Of a stretch of 43,611 bases of DNA, positions 1-9,800 are shown piece after piece (within the stretch, counting starts at the first letter, position 1; each line of letters begins with the position of its first letter). A program made the position numbers and the translations under genes. The notes under the pieces were generated by a model. It saw only the letters and a program-made list of their open reading frames with translations, was not told the DNA's origin and ran no database searches. Source of the stretch: Reclinomonas americana ATCC 50394 (Eukaryota); NCBI GenBank assembly GCA_048213135.1, contig PS015286.1, positions 1 through 43,611 on the forward strand, given 5' to 3'.

Positions 1-108
1 CTTACCCCTTCCCCTCTTACCCCTTCCCCTCTTACCCCTTCCCCTCTTACCCCTTCCCCTCTTACCCCTTCCCCTCTTACCCCTTCCCCTCTTACCCCTT
101 CCCCTCTT
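1..108 (+). repeat. 15-bp polypyrimidine tandem repeat (CTTACCCCTTCCCCT) x ~7 at the 3' end of an intron
   Basis: Perfect 15-mer copies, then a pyrimidine tract and TTGCAG acceptor (AG ends at 134) leading into an open coding exon. Confidence 0.85.
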
Positions 109-134
109 TACCCCTCTTTCCTTCTCCCTTGCAG

Positions 135-3084
135 TCCCCTCGATTGCCAGCTTCCTGCCGTTCAAGATCCTGGCAGCCACCGCCAACCAGAGCATCACCA
201 TCACCGGCTACGGCTTGAAGTCCACTGACGCTGTGCAGCTGGAAATCTCGACCCAGTGCGGCCTGAGTGGCGTCGCCACGTACCCCATGGCAACAGTGTC
301 TGCCACGGGACCGGCCGGTGGTCTCCAGCTGCTGGTGGCCAAGGCACCTGATACCGCCATGTTGAACTCCAAGTACTCGGTGTGGTACGTAGGAGGAGCA
401 TGGAGGGTGGATGCTGGAGTGAGAAAGAAGCTGATTTCAGTTGAATGACATGCAGCGTCCGCTTTGTCGACATTCCCAACGTCATCAAGGCCGGCACCAA
501 TGCCCAGCTCACCGCGGTGAACGGTTCGTTTTCTTCTCCATCGTGGGAGACACAATCGACAAGTCGTCTTACTCGCTCGCGCTCTCTTCTCCCACTCGCA
601 GATGTGGGTCCGTTGATCAGTCGCGTGGCCATTCGCACGCAGCTTGCCAACCAGCAAGTCATTATCAACGCCGGCGCTGGTATTTTGTTGACGACACCAG
701 CGATTACTGTGCATGGCGCGCAAGATTGCTCAGGCACCACCAACACCGTCATCTCCAGCCTGACGACCACCACCAGCAAGATCACCATCACCTTCGACAC
801 CACGCTCGAAACGGTGCCGGTCGCCCGCTTCTTGTGCGTTGATCCGGACGGTGCTGGACCGTCGACGACGTACTTTTTGGCCACGGTGTACATTTGTTGC
901 GTTTCTTTCTTTCACTCTTTCTTTCTCCTTTCTCCTTCTGCACTCTCCTAACGATCGACTCTTGCACCGCGCGCAGTCAACGTGAACAAGGTCACGCCGG
1001 CGTCTCTGCCGCAGGGCCTGGGACCGAACAGTGCGCAGTTGACCCTCTCCGGCGTCAACTTTATCCTGGTCGACTCGACCGCCGCCGAAGGTTTCTTCCC
1101 GCCGGCTCCCGGAGGCGCAGCCACGGCCTTCTTCCTGACTTCATCTTCGACGACGTGCACGACTATCGCCACCCGCTCGGAGGCACTGGAGCCGGTGAAC
1201 ACTTCATCGACATCCGATCGCCTGGTCCTCAACGTGAACACTGCCATCGTGAGCGCGGATTCGTGCACCTTTGACGCGGTGGCCACCTACAACATTTGTG
1301 GACGGTGCGTACGCAGCAAGCAAGTGGGGAGGGGGAAAACCAATCGATAAGTACTTAAATGTCCACTGGTCCACTGCAGCTTCCAAGACGGCTCGTACGT
1401 TCAAATCGGTGCGCAGTTGACCATTACGCCACCCATCGACCCGACTGTCGGCTTCGCCACCCCGCTCAACTTCCCTGTTGGCCTCGACACCACCGTGACG
1501 CTGTCGTCGCTCAATCACGCCTTCACCACTTGCTCTCGCTTCAAGTTTGTGGAGTTTGGCCAGACGTGCGCGACTGCCAACACATCTGGTTGCGTTGCCC
1601 GTTGTGTCTTCGCCCCTCCCCCTTGCCTGTTTCGCTTACCTGTTGTGATGCCGGTAGCCTTGTCGTTGACTCTGTACCAGGCTGGCGTCTTTGACGCTGT
1701 GGGTTGCGGATCAAGCACTGGCTGCGCGTCGTATAAGATCTCCGTGAAGGCCTCGCAGGCCAGTAACTCTGTGCTGTGCGTCACCACGCAGCCGGGCGGC
1801 GCATACACATCGGTGCCTGGCGACAGCTTCACCGCCGGCCTGCTGACGGTGGCCTCCTCCGCAGCTGCCAACCAAGCTGGCAGCACAGTTGCGTCGTGTG
1901 TGCGTGAGGTGCTCGAGCGAGTCGTTGTTGCACTGACATTGTGTTTTTTATTCTCGTCTTCGGCAGCTAAGCACGGGCTCTGGCATTCGCTCCGCCGTCA
2001 TCTCGTTCTCCTTCCCGCGACCGTTCAGCGCTGTTCCGCGCGTCCTCATTGGCCTGTCGGCGTTGCAAAACACCGACGTCAGCGACACGCTGATCGCCTG
2101 CAGTCTGCCGTCGGTCTCCACGATCGGCTTGTCGACGCGCTGCTCCGCATTCGGCACCTCGCACCTGAGCAGTGTGATCGTCAGTGCGTGACCGACCATC
2201 TCCATCTGTGTGTATGGCAGGGCGATTCGTGTTTCTCACCATCTTGATGCACAAGACTACATGGCCTTCAACGTCGACGTGACGAGGAGGCCCGTGGTTG
2301 CTGTGCAGACTTCGGGTCTGACTGGCACTCTGGATTGGCGCTCGCTGATCACCAACAAGGACTTCAGCAGTGTTTCGTCGCCACGCCCACTTTTCATTAT
2401 CATGTCTCTCTCGTCTTTTGTCTAACTCGTTGAGCAGGTGTACATTCTGCCGACGGGAGCCAACTTCAAGTCACCGCCGAATGTTGCCATTGCGCTGATG
2501 GGCGTGGCCACTGATCGTTTCGGCTCCAGCAACAGCGACGTGCGAAGCGACAACTTTGAGGTCAGCGTCGGCCGCCGCACGGAGACCTCGACGACAATCA
2601 ACATGACGGTGCGCGGCGACGCCCGTGTCGAGAAGTTGACCTTGCGCGGTGTCGCCATTGCCGCCGCCGCCACCGATGGTAGCATTGGCGATTACGTCAT
2701 GCTGTCGGGCGGTGAGTGATGCGCGTGCAAGGCAGTGATGTGCGTGGTGTGACTGTGGCTCACGTATGCCGTCTTTGTTGAACCGCCACAGAGACAAAGC
2801 ACACGGGCAACGAGGCCGTGTCGGTCTCGCTGATCACTTCAGTCGCTCCCTTCGGCCTGTCGAAGAGCACGTTCTCCTACGCGCTCTTCCTGCGCGGCTG
2901 GAAGACATCGTCGACTGCGGCGCTGGCCAACAACCCGTCTGTGCTGGCCGCCAACGGCGTGCCATCCACCCCGAGCAGCCCCGTGCCGAACACCTGGACC
3001 ACACTCACCATCACCCCGAGCAGCGGTGCTGGCGTGGCCGAGACGTACGTCACGTGGGTCGCCATTGGCACTCCGGCCCTCTAA
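135..3084 (+). CDS. Multi-exon extracellular-type protein: Ig/TIG-like beta-rich repeats plus three C-terminal H-type lectin-like domains (5'-partial)
   Basis: About 10 exons joined at GT-AG introns (donors 385, 524, 896, 1305, 1589, 1888, 2184, 2372, 2713). H-type lectin motifs: FPRPFSAVPRVLIGLSAL...VNYMAF; FKSPPNVAIALMGV...LRGVAI; ...TYVTWVAIG. Stop TAA at 3082-3084. Confidence 0.7.
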
Positions 3085-3133
3085 ACAGCCACACACACAC
3101 TCACGAAAAACGCCAAAACAACCTCCCTCTACA

Positions 3134-5150
3134 ATGGCTCCTTTGACGTGCGACACCTGCCGCGCCTGTTCTCCTTCTCTTTCTCTCACTTTTCTCGTTG
3201 TTTTGTATCCATCATTATCATCATGCGGGTGAGAGAGGCAGTGGACGAGCGGGAAGTGTGTGTGCGTGTGAAGATTGGCCTCACAGTGTAAGCTTTGTCA
3301 CTGTGTCCACTTGTCCCTTGTTGATTAGATGATTGCTGAGGAGGCACGAGAACGGTGTCGTCTGGAGCACGCACGTGAAGTGGAGAGTGCAGGAGTTGAG
3401 TGCCTTCAGTCTTTGTTGAAACGAAGGTCATCCCATGTTTGACTGACTGTGACTGTGAGGAAAGGTGCTGAGACCATGCGCAAACTCATCGCCACTGCCT
3501 TCTCCACTGGATCCGCGCCTGTGTCATTACTCACCTGGTGAGTGAGTGTGATTGGATGCAAAGATGTTCCGAGTTGTCTCTCACTCACATGCACACACAC
3601 ACACACAGAGGAATACGGCATGCTGGAACGCGACACTGGTGAGAGCAACACGAGCTGATCAGTCAGCTTCTGCTCCGATACTCATTCTTCCTTCTCATTC
3701 ACAGGGAAGTGTGAGTCAATGTTCTCTCTGTGTGTGTCTCCTTGTCTCCTCTTCCACCGACTTCAATGCAGATCTCTTGTACTATGCCTCCATTCGTCGC
3801 GCGGTGCAAGACTCGATCGACAGACGGCCCTCACTCGGTGCCTCAGCCGCGGAACCATTAGTTTGTGTGGTGGTCGGAGGAGGCATGGGCAGACTGCCTG
3901 CGTTCTGCTTGGATGTCGGTGAGTGGCCTCTTCTGTTCGTCGTTGTCAGCATGTTATAATCCGACGACTTGGTCGTGCACGCAGCTCGCGAGTTGCAGCT
4001 GCATGCGCGTATTGCGGTCGCCGATGCCAACCCAAAGGCGGTGGAGGCGCTGGAGAGGCGATTCGCGCCCGAGAGCACCGCTGACCCTGTGGATGCGCAA
4101 AAGCAGGTGCGTTGTCGGTGTGCGCCTTCGTGCTGTGTGACTCGTGCTCATGTGTGTGCGCCACGCAGCGAGTGTACGTCCATCCGCGCCCGTTCCTGCT
4201 GCATCCCGATCGCGTGTGCTCGCCAGCGGCTGTGCCCGAGGGTCTGCGTGAGTTCACGCACTCGGCGCATTTGTTTGTGGCCGAGTTCCTCGGTGGCTTT
4301 GGCGACAATGAGTTTTTCGTGGAGTTGATGAACCAGGTTTGCCTCCTCCTCCACCCCACTCCGCCCTCCGCCCTCTCAAACACATGCATTGCCACAGGCG
4401 GTGGAATTGTTTGCGAGTCGCAAGCACCCGGAGCTCTTTCACGTGCTTCCGTGCGACTGGTACACGTACGTGGCGCCGATCTACGCTCCCGGTATTCACC
4501 AATTCCTCTCCACGTGCGGGCGCTCCACGGATGTTACCTATGCGGTGGGCCTGCACACGGGAGCGCATGCAGTGGCAGCGGCGGGTCGTGCGTACGGTGA
4601 GCCGATTGCTCGAGTGCCGGTGCACTCGGACGCCGAGGGAACGTTTGCGTTGCCGCTGTACGAGTACGAGGCGCGAGTGGAGTTTTCGCTTCCAGCCAGC
4701 AGCACCGTGCACGGCTTTGGTGGCTACTTTACCTCGCTGCTGTGGCGAGACGATGCGATGGTGTTGGAGATTGACACGCGGTGCGCCGAGGGAACAATGC
4801 TGCCCGACACGCGCAACTCGTGGCACTGGGAAACGTGGTGGTTTCCGCTGGCAGAACCACTGTCGACCGACAGTCACCCACTGGACATTACGCTGGTCGT
4901 TCGTCGCAAGTCGCGACTCGTCACACCAGACTCGTTCTTTGCCGAGCGGTTTGTGAAGGAGAAACAGGAAATCGACGACGACGACGACACCGCCGCCTCC
5001 GGGGCATCTGCCTCGCAGTTGCCTCGCCCCGCCGTTCCCATCATGGCGCGCGCAGTGTGGTACGAATGGCAAGTGCTGCGACGCGACAACAGCGAGACGC
5101 TGACTCCGCTGCACAATGCCGAAGGGCGAGCGCAGACGTTGTACTTGTAA
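3134..5150 (+). CDS. PRMT5-like protein arginine methyltransferase, catalytic core only (no N-terminal TIM barrel)
   Basis: Spliced translation YSPEEYGMLERDTGKYLLYYASI (cf. PRMT5 YEVFEKDPIKYSQY), motif I VVGGGMGRL, ADANPKA, double-E loop AEFLGGFGDNEFFVE, VHGFGGYFTSLLW, SWHWETWWFPL and WYEW. The start ATG at 3134 is inferred from in-frame splicing. Confidence 0.8.
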
Positions 5151-5288
5151 TGAACGCAGGCGAGGGAAGCAAGGGTCGACGTCGCAGGGCGAAGGTGTCT
5201 CCATGGTTGCCGCTGTGTTTGGCTCGCACCTCGACTTCACTTTAGCTGCGGTCCTCGTCCTCTCAATCGTTTTGTTCGAGTTTCGAAG

Positions 5289-6785
5289 ATGGGCGCGGGA
5301 GAATCATCGTCTGCCTCCTCCTCCTCCTCTGAGCCTCCACCCGCCATCTGCACTCGTCTTCTCTCCGCCTTGCGACAACACCACTCACTGCGCCTGCGAG
5401 ATCGCGAACTGCGCGCACTGTGGGACCGGTGCGAGAACTCACAGTAACACAGAGTCTCACACTGTCTGACTCTGACACTCGCGTGCAGGCGTTGTGACAC
5501 TCACATACATGCGCATCTGAGTCGCGATGACTGCGCAGCACTGGTCGACGATATGATCGCTGCGGTGACTGAGCGGCTCACAGAGGAGAGTGACAGGCAA
5601 TTGCGCGCAGACATGCTCGCCAGTGTCGCAGTGTTGCAGCAGTGGGGACTCACAGTTACTCGCAGAGAAGGAGCCACTCTGATCGCGCTCTCTCTTTCTC
5701 TCACACACACGCTTTTCGCGCAGCTGTTTCACGAAGGGAGGATCGATTTTGTCGCGTTTGTGGACACTGTGCATCGGGAGCTGTATGCGACAAGTGCAAG
5801 TCATCAGAGCGCGCGGACAGCTGCTTCTGCTTCTGCGTCTAGTGCCGATGCGGCGAGTGCGCGACCTCGGCGACCGGATACTCTCAAGCTGTACTCGTGG
5901 AAGGGAATCAAGGGCGAGGCCGAGGTCGTGCGATTGGCGTTGGAGCTTGCCGGCTTCTTCTACGGTCTTGTGTTTTGCTCTCTCATCTACACAGTCCGTG
6001 TGTATCTATGCGCTGATGGTGATGAGCGATGCAGAGGACTCCACGGTGGAGCAGGCGGAGTGGGAGCAGTCGCGGGAAGAGTTCCCGTTTCAGCGGCTGC
6101 CGGTGCTGGAGGTCGATCGTGATTTGTGCATGTCGTACGCCATGGCTGTATTATTGGTGCGTGTGTGGGGTGCAATGTGGAAGTGCGTTTTTTTGTGCTC
6201 ATCTATCGTGGGGGAGAGCGCAGTACGTGGCGGACGTGTTTGAGATGAATCCCGATGGCGGTCCGCTGGTGATGGCCACGGCGCTGCAGCTGGTCAACGG
6301 GCTCAACGACATGCGTGTGGAGTTGTTTGCTTTAAAGTGCGCATCCCTTCCAACATGCTCTCCTCCCCACGACGTTTTCGTTGCTCACTCACTGTGTGCG
6401 CACGCACACACGCAGGTACTCACCGTCACGCATGTCGACATCGTACAAGGTCGATCGATTCGTGACGGAGAGTTGCGCGGCGTACTTTCGCTCGCTGGAA
6501 CGGCAACTTGGCGGCAAGACATACCTGTTCTCCAACACGGAGCGTGTCACGTTTCCGGACGTGGTGGCGTTCGATTTTCTCGACCAGCTGCTCGACTTGC
6601 AGAGCGGCTCGTCCACCACATGGCAACACTCGTACCCGGCGCTGGCCTCCTTCCATCAGCGATTCGGTGCCATTCCTCGTATCCGTGCCTACCTAAACGG
6701 TGAGAATACACACCATTGTCTCTCGCCCCTGCTGTCGTCACTCACTGGCATTGTTGTCACAGCCTCGAGAAGATCAAAGCATTAA
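5289..6785 (+). CDS. Glutathione S-transferase-fold protein with N-terminal myristoylation motif and degenerate EF-hand-like region
   Basis: MGAGES start; LRALWDRRCDTHIHAHLSRDDC and EGRIDFVAF EF-hand-like segments; GST-N LKLYSWKGIKGEAEVVRLALELAG...FPFQRLPVLEVD; GST-C YLFSNTERVTFPDVVAFDFLD...YPALASFHQRFGAIPRIRAYL. Stop TAA ends at 6785. Confidence 0.75.
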
Positions 6786-6844
6786 ACAGGGTGTTTATGG
6801 TTTATGTCTATGGTTTTTCCCGCCTCTTAATGTCGCCGCCGCGC

Positions 6845-9800
6845 TCACTGATCCGCAGCAGCAGTAGTAGTAGTGGTAGTTGTGGCAGCAGCTTCAGCGG
6901 CAAATGGCGTGTCTGCCGGCCGCCTTCGTGCCGAGGGTGAGACAGCGGGCGACGAGGCGGCCGAGCTGTATCGTCGCACGGCTGTTTCCAGCACCAAATT
7001 GTGCACGTCGGCCTTGACGAGAGGCTTGATGCGCACGTGATGCACCACCGAACCCCACGGTTCCTTCATGTTGTCACCTGCAGAGGAGAGAGTAGTGAGT
7101 TGTTCCGAACGAAAGATGCGTGCACGACATCTCACTCACCAGACATGCCGACAATGATCGGCCGCAAGTGCGACTGCACGTCGTGTTGCACAAACAGATC
7201 GCGGAGATTGCGGAGAGCCTCCTCGCCCGTCATCACCGGCATGTTGTGGTCTGCGTCGAGCGTGGACTCAGAGAGTGCTTCAGGGAAAAAAGAAACGGGT
7301 GAACACAAACCGATGAACACGAGCTCCGGCAACGCCTCCGGTTCATTCCTCACGCGCTCCTCCATCCAGTCCAGGAACAATTTCTGCGGCGGCAACGTGA
7401 GATGATTAGCGGGAGCGACAGAGTGGCGCACAGCACACGAAACTCCATTCACAAACGTCTCGGTGACGGTGACTTGCACGGTGGGATGACCCTGCACCAT
7501 GCGACACAGCGTGCGGCTGACCAGATTGTTGTCCTCAACCACCACACACCGCACTGCTGCCGTCATGGCGTCGTCGGCGTCGGACTCGAGCACCGCCACC
7601 GGGCGGGGCGACGGAGCACTGTGCGACGCCGAATCCGCACGACTCACCGCCCCCACACTGGCCCCGACCGACGACGCATCGCTGCCGCAATCCGCCGGTG
7701 GCAGCGGCGACAGAGTGCCCATCAGCACCGAGCCGGTGAGAGTGTGGCGCCGGGTGTCGGTGCTCGTAGAGTCGCTGTCGGCAGGCGAACCCGAGCTGAA
7801 ACTTGTGCTACTCGCGCCCGTGGTGAATGCCGAGGCCACCGAGTCAATCGAACTGTGGCTAACTGGAGGGCTGTACAGTGCCGCTGGCGTCGAGTGTCGT
7901 CGGTACACTGTGCGCGGAGAAGTGAGCGCGGTGTTCTGCTCATGAATGCAGGAGATGGACTTGCCTGAACGCTCCGACGCTTTGCGCTCTAGTCCGACAA
8001 TGGCCGTCGGCAGCGATGCCACCGGCGACTCGATCAGCATAGCTGTGTTGATGCTGTCGACCGGCGACGAGGCCAGCGGTGAGGAGGTCTTGTCCGCGCT
8101 GTGGAGACGAAGCGATGAGAAGCTGCCATTGAAGGATCAGCACGGAGCGACGACGTACCAGAGCATGTACGGCACGGTGATGGAGAAGCGCGAACCCACG
8201 CCCACTTCGCTCGAGTACCACATGTCGCCGTCGAAGAGGTTGCGCACCATTTCGCGTACAAGAGACAGACCGAGACCTGCAATCGCCGATTTGAGTGCAT
8301 GAGAGCGAGAAAGAAGGAGGAGAAAGGCAAGGGAAGGAGAGCTACGCACCAGTGCCCGAGTAGCGGGACTCCTTCTCGCGCACTTGGAAGAACGGTTCGG
8401 AAATGCGTCCCATGTGCTCCGGTGATATGCCGATACCCGTGTCGACAACCGTGAACAGCACCCAGAATCGCTGCTGCCGTTGCCGCTGCAGCAGCAGCAT
8501 TTGTTGCTGCGAGGGAGTGCGGACGAGGATGGAGGCCGGCTCACTCTCGCCGGTGCTGCTGCTGCTGCTGCTGCTGCTGCCGGAAGCACCATTTTCGTCG
8601 TCCGCGGCGTCGTCGTGTGCAGGAACGGCCTCCAGTGGCACGTATTCGTAGCGTGGTGCTGCATGAAGAATAGGGTGAGGGACGAAGGACGATTCAAAGA
8701 GGGATGAATTCAGTGCACCTCCATAGACACCCGGTGGCGGAGACTCCATCGGTCGCCGTTCGGTGACCTCGACCTGCAGTGTGACTTCTCCGTGACGAGT
8801 AAACTGAGCACGCACGAGAGAGTGTCAGGGCACAGACGTTAAAGTGTGATCGCAGATGGCGCGAGTTCTCCGACCTTGATGGCATTGCTCAGCAAGTTGG
8901 AGACACACTGGGAGACGCGCAGCGGATCGAGAAGCACGCGGCGCCGTCGCAAGTCTTCACTGCGAACCGCGCGACTCGTTTCCAGAGCCATCGTCAGACC
9001 CTCGCTGTGTGATGCGTGAGTTGTAACGCAAATCTGTGCAGCGAAATACACAGCGTCGCCATCCGCACCTGTCGGCCATGCGCCGCAGCTTGCGCACACA
9101 CGACTCGGCGACGGCCATGAGGCGTGTGGGAACTGGTGACAGCACGATGCTTTTCCGTCGCTGCTTCATGAAGGCGAGGAGATCTGCGAGTGAACAATAG
9201 GAGAGAGAGAGAGGGTCAGACGAGGGTGGAAGTGAAAGGTGCTGCGAGAGGGCGCCAATGCAAACCGTCAAGCAAGCTCATGAGCATCCGGGCGGATGAC
9301 AGAGCGTCTGCATAAAAAAGGACAACGTGAGACACAGGGAAGGGGGGAAGACGGAGGGAAGAGGGGAGATCGGAAAAGGGGGAAAGGACGGAAGGGAGAA
9401 AGGACGGAAGGGGGGAAGGACGGAAGGGGGGAAGGACGGAAGGGGGGAAGGACGGAAAGGGGGAAGACGAAAGGAGGAAGACGGAGGGGCGGAAGAAGGA
9501 AGATGGAAGGCGAAGGAGAGATCGAAAAAGGGAAGACGGCAGACGAAGGGAAGAAGGCAGGAGGAGTGATACAGCAAGAAATCTCGAGTGCAACATGCAC
9601 TTTCACATATTGTGTGATGCAACCACCACGCACCGCGCACACACTCATGGTTGGAGAGTGGGTTGTTCACCGACTCCGAGTACGCCTCCAACGAGGCCAA
9701 AATGCCGAAACACGGCTGCCTCAGCTCGTCTATTTTGTTCGAGTGCATCAGTGAGACAACGCTGGGAACAGGCGACTCATGACACACATCAACGAAACGA

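Noticed and set aside
1-108. Telomere repeat at the window start
   Set aside because: The C-rich 15-mer runs straight into a splice acceptor and an internal exon, and similar tracts occur in other introns.
3329-3540. Apparent in-frame TGA (…SSHV*LTVT…) suggesting Sec or a recoded stop
   Set aside because: It lies inside intron 3395-3464. TGA is a true stop at the conserved ATM end (WGAWV*) and in MSH4, so the code is standard.
9216-9754. Long Pro/Ser/Phe-rich and Gly/Arg/Glu-rich ORFs (also at 20146-21126, 22362-23004, 23600-24511 and 31313-32095)
   Set aside because: These are translations of stop-poor purine/pyrimidine intronic low-complexity DNA.
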